Source: Candidatus Omnitrophota bacterium (GTDB taxonomy: Bacteria > Omnitrophota > Gorgyraeia > 2-01-FULL-45-10). Taken from it: 32,000 nucleotides of DNA. How positions within the stretch are numbered: position 1 is the first letter of the stretch; each line of letters starts with the position of its first letter. Location of the stretch: the NCBI GenBank assembly GCA_023818895.1, contig JAMWCX010000004.1:21947-53946 (forward strand), in the 5' to 3' direction. The notes below the pieces were generated by a model. It was given only the letters and a program-made list of their open reading frames with translations, had not been told where the DNA came from and made no database searches. Below, piece after piece: positions 9,636 through 19,091 of the stretch. The translations under genes and the position numbers were made by a program.

Positions 9636-10546
9636 TTTTCAAACCCTTCCGCGATTTTGCCAATTATAGTATCTATCAGGCTAAAGTAGTCCTTGGCCTC
9701 GTCTGTTCCGCCGACCGAATTCGGGACTATGATGACTTTAGCGCCTGTCTGTTCAGCCACGAAACGCGCCGGTTTCTCGTCATAAAACACCTCCATGAGG
9801 ATAAGCCCTACCTTGTCGCGTCTCATTATATCTATTACTTCCTTCAAATGACCGGGAGACGGCGGTATACCGGGTTTCGGCTCAAGCTCACAGGCAACCT
9901 TAAGGCCAAACCTATCGGCAAAGTATGGCCAACTTCTGTGATATATAGCAACTTTTCTGCCCTTAAATGGCTCCATTTTTTTCTGCCACTCCACCATCTT
10001 CTCTTCTATCTTTCTATTGAATGCCTTAAGGTTTTCTTGAAAATACGCTTCGTCGGACGGCGAAAGTTCGGATAGTCTTTTCGCGATATTGTAAGCGATG
10101 ATCTTAGCATTCTCGGGATCTAGCCAGTAATGGGGATTGCCCATAGGGTGAATGTCCCCCATGGACCGGTCAACCTTCGTCGTGGTGGGAACTTCTAGGA
10201 GGCCAACCCCTTCGGAGGCATCAAGATGGCCCGGAGTCCCGATCCTTATCTTTGGGTTACGTGAGCCGTCTATGATAAGATCTTCATATCCTATTTCCAG
10301 CTCCAGCCCTACCCGTATGAAGAGATCCGCGTTTTTCGTTTTGATCATGAAAGACGGCTTCGCTTGAATAAAATGGGGATCCTGGTAACCCCTGCCAAGA
10401 GAGTCAACTTTAACCTTGTCACCGCCTATAGCCTCGGCAATAGACTTAAGATCCTCTGTCGTGGTAAGTATGTTAATCGTATCTTTGGAAAAAACGTCCG
10501 GCGAAAGCCATGCCATTATAAAAATTATAAGAAATAATTTACGCAT
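9632..10546 (-). CDS. metal ABC transporter substrate-binding protein (TroA/ZnuA/MntC cluster A-I); metal specificity not determinable
   Basis: It has the DPHF...HPMGNPHYWLDP...HRSWPYF pattern of the ZnuA/TroA family. I moved the start to ATG 10546 (MRKLFLIIFIMAWLS signal peptide, GGAGGG 6 nt upstream), because the track start at 10567 is TTG. No His-rich loop is visible. Confidence 0.82.
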   Translation of the reverse strand: MRKLFLIIFIMAWLSPDVFSKDTINILTTTEDLKSIAEAIGGDKVKVDSLGRGYQDPHFIQAKPSFMIKTKNADLFIRVGLELEIGYEDLIIDGSRNPKIRIGTPGHLDASEGVGLLEVPTTTKVDRSMGDIHPMGNPHYWLDPENAKIIAYNIAKRLSELSPSDEAYFQENLKAFNRKIEEKMVEWQKKMEPFKGRKVAIYHRSWPYFADRFGLKVACELEPKPGIPPSPGHLKEVIDIMRRDKVGLILMEVFYDEKPARFVAEQTGAKVIIVPNSVGGTDEAKDYFSLIDTIIGKIAEGFEN

Positions 10547-10563
10547 CCGTCCCTCCGTGGATC

Positions 10564-11856
10564 TCAATATTCATGCTTTCTGTGCGGCCCCAGCCCGAAA
10601 TCGCACTGCAGCCATATTTCGTTGGAGTCCTTGTCAAAGTTCCTATCGGTATGTTTGAACTGTAATCTCCAGAAGCAGTATTCGCTCTGCGCGAACGTAA
10701 TACCAGCCGAATAAGCATTTTCCCTCGATGATGACGAAAGCGGCAGTTCCGAGAAGTCATACCTGCCAAAAACCGACCAGCGCCTGGCAAACTGGTATTC
10801 AAGCGACGAATATCCGCCCCACGAATTAACGGCCTTGGGTTCTATGATATCGGCACCGTCGTCTAAAAACGGTCGATCATGCTGGCTGAAGAGGAGTTCG
10901 TTCTGGAATGTAACCGATTTATATAGGCCCTGCTGAAGCGGCCGCCATTTATAGGTAAGGTCCACACCCTCAAGCGTCGTCATGTTAGTACCGAATCTGC
11001 CGAGGCCGTCATCATTGGGACCCGCCATGAGGCTGGCGCCCAGCTCAAGCGATGAGGACTCATTTATGTCGTGAAAGATCTTGAGATGGCCGAGATAGCA
11101 GAGGCTGGTTCCTTCTCCGCCGGCGAAGCTCATGCCATTTCGATTATTGATAACCTGTCCGGTAAGCTCTATATATTTATCCCACGGGTTCGGAATGAGA
11201 TAGCTTGCCGAAACTCCCGGCTCGCTCATTCCTTCACCGCCGAGATAATTTCGCACCATGTTGGGGAAGTCGACCCACGGCAGGTTGTGCAAGTGATATT
11301 TGTTTGCCTTGCCGAATTCGACCTTAAACTTGCCGGCTTTGGCCTGCAAACCATCTATCGGAAGCGTCAGGAGCGTTAAATACCCTTCACAAAGCCCAAT
11401 ATGCCATTCACCGCCTTCCTGCTCCACATGGAAGAAGAAATCCCCTCTCGCATAGGGGTCGACCGAGGCCGAGAAGGCCAGCTCCGTTTGACGCATCTGA
11501 AACTGATTGCGGAACTCTTCCTCTTTCGTGTCAGTAGTATGATACGTAAAGTCGCCTATTACGCTTACATCGGGATTAAAGCTCTGGAAATAACGGCCCA
11601 TGCCGGCGCTCTGTATGGGGGCGGGCGCTGCCACGCGCGGTTTGGCCGCCTCAATAGTGTAGGTTTTTGCCATATCTTCGATACGGGTCTCAAGTTGCGC
11701 TATTCTGGCTTCATAGCTTCGCTTAAGATCTGCTATCTGGGCCCGCAATGCCGCCAATTCCTGCTGCAGCTGCGCCAGATCGCTAGGCCGGGCGTTGGAG
11801 GCGGACAACAGGACAGATAAAAAAGAAATAACTAAAATAATAAAGGATTTCTTCAT
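10564..11856 (-). CDS. outer-membrane beta-barrel (porin O/P-like) with an N-terminal coiled-coil
   Basis: 430 aa. It has a signal peptide, a heptad-like segment (LAQLQQELAALRAQIADLKRSYEARIAQLETRIEDM), alternating amphipathic strands, and an aromatic C-terminus (...RKHEY). Confidence 0.55.
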   Translation of the reverse strand: MKKSFIILVISFLSVLLSASNARPSDLAQLQQELAALRAQIADLKRSYEARIAQLETRIEDMAKTYTIEAAKPRVAAPAPIQSAGMGRYFQSFNPDVSVIGDFTYHTTDTKEEEFRNQFQMRQTELAFSASVDPYARGDFFFHVEQEGGEWHIGLCEGYLTLLTLPIDGLQAKAGKFKVEFGKANKYHLHNLPWVDFPNMVRNYLGGEGMSEPGVSASYLIPNPWDKYIELTGQVINNRNGMSFAGGEGTSLCYLGHLKIFHDINESSSLELGASLMAGPNDDGLGRFGTNMTTLEGVDLTYKWRPLQQGLYKSVTFQNELLFSQHDRPFLDDGADIIEPKAVNSWGGYSSLEYQFARRWSVFGRYDFSELPLSSSSRENAYSAGITFAQSEYCFWRLQFKHTDRNFDKDSNEIWLQCDFGLGPHRKHEY

Positions 11857-11906
11857 GTATATCTCTCCGGGAAATTGATTATAAGGTAATACGAATTACG
11901 CTGTAA

Positions 11907-12206
11907 CTAGGAAGCCTTGAAGGGAGGCGGAGAGCGTAGATAATGTAAGGTAAAGCAGATACACGATACGCTAAAAAAGGCACAGATTGCTGCCTTGTGG
12001 CAGAGAATCGTTAGCAAAGCCGAGAAGAGCAGAATTACTGCTAGGATAAAAACGGCGTGGGTCAGCCAGTCACAGGCAGGGCAGCCATCATGGTGATCTG
12101 AGTCGGCGTGGGTGTGAATAAGTTCGGGGCCGGCCGCCAGCAGGATCAATACTGATGCGAAAAATAATATCAGGGCTTTCGGATAATCGCGCTTAATGCT
12201 TAACAT
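11907..12206 (-). CDS. small three-TM membrane protein with a His/Cys-rich loop (putative metal-binding)
   Basis: 99 aa with the loop HTHADSDHHDGCPACDW between hydrophobic helices. It has an ATG start and a near-consensus promoter immediately upstream. Confidence 0.45.
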   Translation of the reverse strand: MLSIKRDYPKALILFFASVLILLAAGPELIHTHADSDHHDGCPACDWLTHAVFILAVILLFSALLTILCHKAAICAFFSVSCICFTLHYLRSPPPFKAS

Positions 12207-12227
12207 CTGAGGCCGCCTATCGCTGAT

Positions 12228-12256
12228 ATTGTAACAAAAAAATCTGGCGCTGTCAA
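12228..12256 (-). promoter_or_regulatory. sigma70-type promoter in front of the small His/Cys protein, porin and ABC genes
   Basis: The minus strand reads TTGACA (12256-12251), a 17-nt spacer, then TACAAT (12233-12228). It lies about 20 nt upstream of the ATG at 12206. Confidence 0.5.
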
Positions 12257-12280
12257 TTCAACCAAGGCGCTTTCACCGTC

Positions 12281-14011
12281 TCATCGCAGTATAACGAAAT
12301 TGAGCGCCGTTCCCACTATGACGCTTACGCTAACCATTACAAAAACCGCTTTGACCAGCTCCTTTACACCAAGCTCTTTCCACAACACTATAAAAGTAGC
12401 CACGCACGGAAACGACATAGCTAAAAGGGTCGCCGCTATGAAAATCTGCTTGGCCGAAAGATCAAGCGGCGCAAGCATACCAACGGCAACATCCTTGCGC
12501 AATAAACCTATTGCCAACGCGACTATCGCCTCCTTCGGCAGTCCGAATAGCCCTTGAACGACCGGCGCAAACATCGCTGTGATGGCCTCGAACAACTTGA
12601 AATATAGAAGTATATTGATAACCAGCACCCCTGCCAGTACTATCGGCACAGCTTCGAATAGGAATCCCTTTACGCGAAAATATACCTTTTTCGTAAGTAC
12701 AATAAGCGGAGGAAACCTGTAAGGAGGTATTTCCAAGAGTAACTCAGGACTGTAGCCGGGTAAGAGGCGGTTTAATACCGTTCCCAAGAAAAGTATAACC
12801 ACAAAGAGCGTAAGATACACGCCGCTTACGTAGAATCCGCTGAAGGCTCCCAAAAGCCCGACGATCATCGCCTGAAGAGGCACGCAGGGCACTCCTATCG
12901 AGATAATCGTCGAGGCGATGAATCTTTCGCGCCTTGATTCCAGTATGCGTGTAGACAGTATGCCAGGGACATTACATCCGAAACCCAAAAGCACTGGTAT
13001 AACGGCATAACCATGCAATCCGAGACGGTGCAGCATACTATCCAAAAGTATAGCCAAGCGTGGCAGATATCCTATATCCTCAAGGATGCTCAGTACTAAG
13101 TAAAAAGACATGAGGTAAGGCAGCACCATACCGAATTCGATGTAAGGGGCTGTCGTCAAAAGGCCCAGCGACTGCTTGAAGTCTATCTTTCCGCCGACCA
13201 GATCCCCTATAAGAAGATGAAAAATAAAATCCTTTTCGTGCCACCCAGCAGCAACGCTTTCCAAAAAAGGCCGCACCACCCCATAAAAGAAAGGATCTGT
13301 GATCTTGGCAATAATAAACTCACTCAAGAACCTCACGACCTTAAACGAAATGTATATAACCGCCGCCGCCATGGCAAAGCCGCTAAGCGGCCGCACGGAG
13401 GCGTCCTCCAGCATCTCTAGTAAGCGGTGATGTCGGTGCTCGAGACGCTGGACTTGCTCGATGATACGCCCTATTTCCTTCCAGCGCTCTTCATGAGAAA
13501 GTTTATTTCTTACTATGGGCTGTGCCTCTTTTATCCTGTCTATCAATAATTTTATACCCACACCGGTCACGGCGCAGGTTGACACCACCGGAATTTTTAG
13601 TATTTCTTCGAGCTTTTCATTATCGATATGGATACCCCGGTGAACGGCGTCATCACACATATTTAAACAGGCTATAGTCGGAAATCCTTCCTCTATCAAC
13701 TGAAGGGTTAAAAGCAAGTTTCTCTCGAGATTAGTCGAATCAATAATATTGATTACCGCTATTTCATCTTTCGGAAGTTCTTTCAGCAAAGAAACGGCCA
13801 CCTTTTCAGCGCTCGAAGTCGGCTCCAATGAATATGCCCCCGGCAGGTCTACAACCTCGATCTTATTATCGCCTAAAGTCAGATATCCCTTAATAAACTC
13901 CACCGTCGTGCCAGGATAATTCGAGGAGATCACATTGACACCGGTAAGGCGCGAAAAGACCACGCTTTTGCCGACGTTAGGGTTACCTATAAGATAGATC
14001 TTCTTTATCAT
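12281..14011 (-). CDS. feoB: ferrous iron transporter FeoB
   Basis: 576 aa with an N-terminal G-domain (GNPNVGKSVVFSRLTG, DLPG) followed by the polytopic gate domains. ATGA overlap with feoA. Confidence 0.92.
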   Translation of the reverse strand: MIKKIYLIGNPNVGKSVVFSRLTGVNVISSNYPGTTVEFIKGYLTLGDNKIEVVDLPGAYSLEPTSSAEKVAVSLLKELPKDEIAVINIIDSTNLERNLLLTLQLIEEGFPTIACLNMCDDAVHRGIHIDNEKLEEILKIPVVSTCAVTGVGIKLLIDRIKEAQPIVRNKLSHEERWKEIGRIIEQVQRLEHRHHRLLEMLEDASVRPLSGFAMAAAVIYISFKVVRFLSEFIIAKITDPFFYGVVRPFLESVAAGWHEKDFIFHLLIGDLVGGKIDFKQSLGLLTTAPYIEFGMVLPYLMSFYLVLSILEDIGYLPRLAILLDSMLHRLGLHGYAVIPVLLGFGCNVPGILSTRILESRRERFIASTIISIGVPCVPLQAMIVGLLGAFSGFYVSGVYLTLFVVILFLGTVLNRLLPGYSPELLLEIPPYRFPPLIVLTKKVYFRVKGFLFEAVPIVLAGVLVINILLYFKLFEAITAMFAPVVQGLFGLPKEAIVALAIGLLRKDVAVGMLAPLDLSAKQIFIAATLLAMSFPCVATFIVLWKELGVKELVKAVFVMVSVSVIVGTALNFVILR

Positions 14012-14241
14012 TCTGTTTCTACTATTATTTTTGCCGCCATTCCATGCCCCAGGGCAAGTACGCTTCTGCCCACCTTTATGACCACCGGGCCCCTTAAGCC
14101 TATGTAGCTGAGTTTTGTGATCTCCTTGCCCACATATAAACCCATGCTCATCAGCCTGTGTTGCAGACCTATCCCCCCGGAGATCTCCGCAATCTTCCCT
14201 TTGTGATTCTCCTTCAAGTGGATCAAAGATATTTTTTTCAT
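14008..14241 (-). CDS. feoA: FeoA
   Basis: It has the SH3-like FeoA pattern (GKIAEISGG...RLMSMGLYVGKEI...GPVVIKVGRSVLALGHGMAAKIIVE). I moved the start to ATG 14241 (MKKISL), which forms an ATGA overlap with the upstream stop. Confidence 0.85.
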   Translation of the reverse strand: MKKISLIHLKENHKGKIAEISGGIGLQHRLMSMGLYVGKEITKLSYIGLRGPVVIKVGRSVLALGHGMAAKIIVETE

Positions 14242-14954
14242 GATACGATAGTTATAATTTGGCCTTCTCTTAAAATTATACAATCATCTCCATATTTTTC
14301 TCTGAAAATTTTTCGCGCGATGGCTCCCGTACAATGCAGAGGCATAACGCGACGAACTCCCAGTTCTTTCACTTTTGCCACAATCGCTTTATTCAGATCG
14401 TAGGAATTATCTTTAAGATGAAAACCGCCCATTAGCAGGCGCACTTCCGAGCCAAAAGTTCTTTTAGCGTGCTCTACTATATCAATTATGCCGGGGTGGG
14501 CACACCCTGTAATAACGACAACACCCTCCTCTGTCTTTACCGCCAGGTACTGTTCCGGAATGTCAGAGTCGCGGCGTTTCCCCGCAAGCTCGCCGCTGGC
14601 ATAGATATTATCGCGTATATTTGTCACGCCGTCAACCTCCGCAAGGCGTGCCCCAAATAGCCCTATCTTTTCTTTTATATCCGCCTTGAAGCGCGGACAT
14701 ACATACACGGCCGCATCTTTATTCAGCTCCAACACCTTCCATAAACCCGTAAGATGGTCCCAGTCGTCGTGCGAGATTATAATGTGCTGTATTTTTTGTA
14801 TGTCTGACTTAAGTCTCTTTAACTGTTTTACAATATAGCATGGCTTCCCGAATGTATCAAAAAGAACGTCCGTATCTATGAGAAATGACATCCCCCAATG
14901 CCTTACGAGTCTCTGCCATTTTGTCGAGCCTTCGGCAAGAAGCGTTATCTTCAT
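14238..14954 (-). CDS. MBL-fold metallo-hydrolase (HDDWDH variant)
   Basis: 238 aa with the ISHDDWDH motif in place of HxHxDH, plus later GCAHPG and H residues. ATGA overlaps on both sides. Confidence 0.7.
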   Translation of the reverse strand: MKITLLAEGSTKWQRLVRHWGMSFLIDTDVLFDTFGKPCYIVKQLKRLKSDIQKIQHIIISHDDWDHLTGLWKVLELNKDAAVYVCPRFKADIKEKIGLFGARLAEVDGVTNIRDNIYASGELAGKRRDSDIPEQYLAVKTEEGVVVITGCAHPGIIDIVEHAKRTFGSEVRLLMGGFHLKDNSYDLNKAIVAKVKELGVRRVMPLHCTGAIARKIFREKYGDDCIILREGQIITIVS

Positions 14955-15844
14955 GAAAATGACCTCGCTTTCCGCATGCTGAATATAGCCGGCAAATATC
15001 TATAAACGAGCTTTCTTCCTTTTTCGGTCAGAACATATACGGGAGCGGCGTCAGACAATACCTCAAGCGCTTTTGGAAACAGGCGGTTTCTGACTTCCGC
15101 CGATCGGCATGTCCATACCATGTCCGCGTATCTACCTATCTCGTCCGTCCGCCTGCTTCCGATGCCGGTAGCGCATACCACAAGGATAATAACGGATACG
15201 CCAAGACGTCTTTCCAGCTCTCGGATATCCTTCAGGCTTTCTCCCCGGTAGGCGTTTACCGTAACGGCTATTTTCTTGCAACCCTCTTTCGCGGCTTCTC
15301 TAACGCCTTTTTCCTGGTCGATTACGCCATCGTCACTTATAACGCGACAACCCAGGCGACGCAAGCCTTCGACGACTTCCGGAATGGCCGATGTCCTGAT
15401 AACGCTGTGCATCCTGGCGCCGATACCCTGTGCAAGCTGGGGGAACGGAACAACCACTGTCCCCGCGCCATCGCAGACCATTACCGCGCTGTCTATGACC
15501 CCTATTTTTAACGCATGGGCCATGATCTCCGAAGCGCCGTAAGGCACTGATGCCTCTTCCGCCCAAAAAACACGATCCTTTGAGCAAAATCCGAATTCGG
15601 TAATCTTCCATTCGATGACTTTTCTTATCTCCTCTTTCAGCCGGCTCACGGATAGACAATCCGATTTCTTGAGTCCTTTATACAGGAAACCGGCAAGCGG
15701 GCAATGCGAAATCGATGGCTTCGTTATTTTTATAACCTTTCCGTCACATATAGTGATCAGGGAAGAAAAGTAGCGGACTTTATGAATATCCTTGCCTTCT
15801 CCTGTCAAACCAGATACGCGTCGCATGCCGACAGTTTTTCCCAT
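14951..15844 (-). CDS. conserved hypothetical protein, possibly DUF2099 (methanogenesis-marker-8-like)
   Basis: 297 aa and soluble, with a Cys-containing N-terminal half (ICDGKV...HCPLAGF). The family assignment is from memory only. The start could be 15844 or 15826. Confidence 0.35.
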   Translation of the reverse strand: MGKTVGMRRVSGLTGEGKDIHKVRYFSSLITICDGKVIKITKPSISHCPLAGFLYKGLKKSDCLSVSRLKEEIRKVIEWKITEFGFCSKDRVFWAEEASVPYGASEIMAHALKIGVIDSAVMVCDGAGTVVVPFPQLAQGIGARMHSVIRTSAIPEVVEGLRRLGCRVISDDGVIDQEKGVREAAKEGCKKIAVTVNAYRGESLKDIRELERRLGVSVIILVVCATGIGSRRTDEIGRYADMVWTCRSAEVRNRLFPKALEVLSDAAPVYVLTEKGRKLVYRYLPAIFSMRKARSFS

Positions 15845-16674
15845 ATTTTAAAAATCTCTTCCCTGATGGCGCCGCCGCAATGCTCCACTATAGTCTTGCC
15901 CGCAACCATCGACTCCACAACGGCCTTATCAAAGCCTATCCTGCCGATAACGCTGATACATTCAGCGCCGCAGTATTTTTCAATCTCGCCGGTTATCTCT
16001 TTGTTAATGTCGTACTTATTGACTATCAGATTTACCGGCACCTTGAAGTGCCTTGCGACCTCGATAACCCTTCTTGCGTCATGAAGGCCTGAGATCGTCG
16101 GCTCGGTCACGACCAAGGCACAATCAACACCGGATAACGCGGCTATCACCGGACAGCCGATGCCTGGCGGACCATCGATAATAACGTATTCCAGATTTTC
16201 TCTCCCGGCGATCTCCCTGGCAACCTCTCGTATCTTCGCAACCAGCTTACCCGAATTCTCTTCGGCGATACCCAGCTTCGCGTGTACAAAAGGCCCGTAT
16301 TTCGTATCCGAGACGAGCCATTCACCCGCCAAGTTCTCTTCCATAGTAATGGCGCCAACAGGGCATATCAGGCTACACAAACCGCATCCTTCGCAGGAGA
16401 TTGAATCAACGATAAGATCATCGCTTATTGCGCTGAATCTGCAGAGAGCTATACATTTCCCGCATTTATTACATAATTTTTTATCGAGCTTCGCGGTCTT
16501 CCCGCTTCTGAACTCGTGACGTTCCTTTAAGATCGGATGGAGCAGAAGGTGCAGGTCGGCGGCATCGACGTCGCAATCGACCATTACCTTATTCTTCGCG
16601 AGCGCGGCGAACGAGGCCGCCAAAACGCTCTTACCCGTCCCCCCTTTTCCGCTAACGACAACGATCTGCTTCAT
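15805..16674 (-). CDS. MinD/ParA-family P-loop ATPase with an inserted 2x[4Fe-4S] ferredoxin domain
   Basis: It has the deviant Walker A VVSGKGGTGKS and two CxxCxxCxxxC(P) clusters (CNKCGKCIALC, CEGCGLCSLICP). I moved the start to ATG 16674, because the track start at 16698 is TTG. Confidence 0.8.
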   Translation of the reverse strand: MKQIVVVSGKGGTGKSVLAASFAALAKNKVMVDCDVDAADLHLLLHPILKERHEFRSGKTAKLDKKLCNKCGKCIALCRFSAISDDLIVDSISCEGCGLCSLICPVGAITMEENLAGEWLVSDTKYGPFVHAKLGIAEENSGKLVAKIREVAREIAGRENLEYVIIDGPPGIGCPVIAALSGVDCALVVTEPTISGLHDARRVIEVARHFKVPVNLIVNKYDINKEITGEIEKYCGAECISVIGRIGFDKAVVESMVAGKTIVEHCGGAIREEIFKIWEKLSACDAYLV

Positions 16675-17521
16675 GATGCCTTTTCGTGATTGTTTCAAAC
16701 ATCATTCGAAATTTCTCTTTATACTCCACATTATCCTTAACCAATGGTATTCCACGCGAGTAGAGACGGGCGATCTCCCTGTCAAAAGGTATCCGAAGAA
16801 GTACCGCTATTTTATTAGCCTGACAATAGTTATCAACTTTGTCATCCCCGATATCGGCGCGGTTAATGACAACGCCGAAGGGGATTTTCAGTTTCCGTAA
16901 AACCTCGACAGCCAGCGTCAGGTCATTAAGGCCAAACGGTGTCGGCTCTGTAACAAGGATGCAATAATCGCTGTCTTTTACCGCCGCGATAACAGGACAC
17001 GATGTCCCCGGAGGCGCGTCTATAATAACGGTGCGGAAAGGATTTATACGCTTCTTTACCTGCCTGATCAAGGAAGGGCTCATTATCTCGCCGATATTGA
17101 GGGTACCGTGAACGAATTGTATATCGCCGGCCATGCCTGTTTCGACAACGCCTATCTCTTTATTCACCTCTCTGATGGCTTTTTGCGGACACAAAAGGCT
17201 GCAAGCACCACAGCCGTGGCATAGATGTGGGAATACGAGGACGCTCCCAATGGCTCCGTCTCCTTTAGGGATGACGGCTATGGCGTGATATTCGCAGACC
17301 TCGCGGCACTTACCGCATGCGTTGCACTTTGCTTCGTCTGCTTCAGGGACAGGGATGAATGCGGCAATCCGCTCTTTTATCTCGGGTTTAAGGAAGATGT
17401 GGGCGTTCGGCTCTTCGACGTCACAATCCAGAAACTGGGTATTCTCGAGGGACAGAGCGAGGTTAACCGCGACTGTGGTCTTTCCCGTGCCGCCCTTACC
17501 GCTAGCAACTGAAATAATCAT
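16652..17521 (-). CDS. MinD/ParA-family P-loop ATPase with an inserted 2x[4Fe-4S] ferredoxin domain (paralogue)
   Basis: 289 aa with Walker A VASGKGGTGKTT and cysteine clusters CNACGKCREVC and CHGCGACSLLCP. Confidence 0.8.
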   Translation of the reverse strand: MIISVASGKGGTGKTTVAVNLALSLENTQFLDCDVEEPNAHIFLKPEIKERIAAFIPVPEADEAKCNACGKCREVCEYHAIAVIPKGDGAIGSVLVFPHLCHGCGACSLLCPQKAIREVNKEIGVVETGMAGDIQFVHGTLNIGEIMSPSLIRQVKKRINPFRTVIIDAPPGTSCPVIAAVKDSDYCILVTEPTPFGLNDLTLAVEVLRKLKIPFGVVINRADIGDDKVDNYCQANKIAVLLRIPFDREIARLYSRGIPLVKDNVEYKEKFRMMFETITKRHHEADRCR

Positions 17522-17536
17522 ATATTTGTATAAACA

Positions 17537-18142
17537 CTATTTCCTTTGAGCGACAAGAACCCTCTGGGTTTTGCTATGGCATTCGCTGACTTCAAAACCT
17601 TTATGCGCAAAATACTGTTTTGCCTCGTCGAGATCATGCCTAGAACGATCGTGAACCCTGCCTTCGGCCGTGTGGCATGCGTTTATTATCTCAAAACCTT
17701 TGGCGTTGAAATCACTCAATACTACTTTCCCGGCCGGGCGCAATAGACGGTCCATTTCATTCAGAACTGCTTCCGGCTTATAAAGATGATGAAAAACGTT
17801 TATAGAAAAGATTACGTCAAAACTGCGGTCGGGAAAACTCAGCTTCTCGGCGTTTTCTATCTTCAGCGTCACCAGCTTTTCGAGTCCGTAATAGCGCAGA
17901 TTAAGCCTGGCGATTTCTTGCTCGTCTTGTGATATGTCTACGCTTATAAAACTAAAACCGCGCTTTGCCAAGGCCAGCGCGAAATGCCCCTTGCCGGTGC
18001 CGATCTCAAGCATGTTGCCTGAAAGGGGTAAGGATTTTTCGAGTATAAAATCCCTCTCCCCCTCCAGGTCATAGCCGAAGCTGCGGTAAAACTCTAGCCG
18101 CTTCAGGTAATTGGTATGGTTATCTATAACTTCTTTATCCAC
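17537..18142 (-). CDS. class I SAM-dependent methyltransferase
   Basis: 201 aa with motif I LEIGTGKGHFALALAKRG and post-I VDIS. GTG start. Confidence 0.75.
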   Translation of the reverse strand: MDKEVIDNHTNYLKRLEFYRSFGYDLEGERDFILEKSLPLSGNMLEIGTGKGHFALALAKRGFSFISVDISQDEQEIARLNLRYYGLEKLVTLKIENAEKLSFPDRSFDVIFSINVFHHLYKPEAVLNEMDRLLRPAGKVVLSDFNAKGFEIINACHTAEGRVHDRSRHDLDEAKQYFAHKGFEVSECHSKTQRVLVAQRK

Positions 18143-18148
18143 CGCGGT

Positions 18149-18634
18149 CTACTTATGCGTCATGTCGGCCAGGAGCGCCTCGAGGTCCTCCTCATGCTCA
18201 AGCTCGTCTTTCATGATCTCGAGGGCAAGATGATAAGTAACGATATCCTTACCCTTCACCGCCTCGGCAAGCTTAAGATATGTCTCTATAGCGCACTGTT
18301 CGCCCTTTATGTTCTGTTTCAAAAGCGCCTTTACTGAAGGATCGGCCGGAGCATCGTAGCCGCAGTTGGTCTGTTTATACCAATCCTCCGGCTTCAATAG
18401 CGGTTGACCGCCCAGCTGTATTATGCGCTCGGTCAGCATGCCGGCGTGTTTTAGCTCTTCTCCGGCATGTTGCTCTAACTCCGCGACTACCGCGTTACGC
18501 ATCTGGCCGCACGCTACTTTCGCGCCCACCCAGTACTGATAATATGCCAGCCACTCATCCGCGAATGCCTTATTAAGAAGCGCTACTATCTTCTTTGAGT
18601 CCGACCCAACAATCTCTCTTGCTTTTGTACCCAT
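18149..18634 (-). CDS. ferritin-like four-helix-bundle protein (Dps-like / DPSL type)
   Basis: 161 aa with di-iron ligand spacing (E...EELKH...E..H near the C-terminus). A strong GGAGG lies upstream of the ATG. Confidence 0.7.
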   Translation of the reverse strand: MGTKAREIVGSDSKKIVALLNKAFADEWLAYYQYWVGAKVACGQMRNAVVAELEQHAGEELKHAGMLTERIIQLGGQPLLKPEDWYKQTNCGYDAPADPSVKALLKQNIKGEQCAIETYLKLAEAVKGKDIVTYHLALEIMKDELEHEEDLEALLADMTHK

Positions 18635-18697
18635 ACACCCCTCCTTTTTTGTCCAAAAACTTCGCCTATAGCAATAGGCTGGTGCAGTCTAAGGATT

Positions 18698-19081
18698 TTA
18701 ACTGCCCTTACCCGCACCCGGCATACCGAACTTCGACCCCACGCTGGGATTGTCAGCCGGCTTCAATGCCCCGCCCTTATATTTGTCTATTGCGTCTCGA
18801 ATCTTCCCGGACAATCCCGTATAAATCTCTATGCCAGCCGCCCGCAATGTCTGGAAAGCATTCGGCCCCACATTCCCCGTCAAAACAGCTTTTACGCCTT
18901 TGGATGCCATAAACTGCCCTGATTGTATTCCCGCACCTCCGGCAAACTGCGCGCTTTGGTTCTCGAAAGCCTCGAAGGCCAACGTATCCGTGTCAACTAT
19001 TATAAAGAATTGGCACCTGCCGAATCGCGGGTCCACCTGGTCATCAAGGGTCTTGCCTTGAGCTGTGACGCAAATCTTCAT
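18698..19081 (-). CDS. NifX/NifB-C-terminal-like (dinitrogenase Fe-Mo cofactor family) small protein
   Basis: Sequence MKICVTAQGKTLDDQVDPRFGRCQFFIIVD...GAGIQ...GVKAVLTGNVGPNA. I moved the start to ATG 19081, preceded by AGGAGG. The 48-codon track extension overlaps the paralogue. Confidence 0.75.
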   Translation of the reverse strand: MKICVTAQGKTLDDQVDPRFGRCQFFIIVDTDTLAFEAFENQSAQFAGGAGIQSGQFMASKGVKAVLTGNVGPNAFQTLRAAGIEIYTGLSGKIRDAIDKYKGGALKPADNPSVGSKFGMPGAGKGS

Positions 19082-19091
19082 TTTACACCTC

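Noticed and set aside
11886-11899. Labelling GTAATACGAATTAC as a canonical Zur or Fur box
   Set aside because: The half-sites GTAAT/ATTAC resemble Zur boxes. However, they are separated by 4 nt rather than the 1 nt of the 7-1-7 consensus I remember. I keep it only as an unassigned palindrome.
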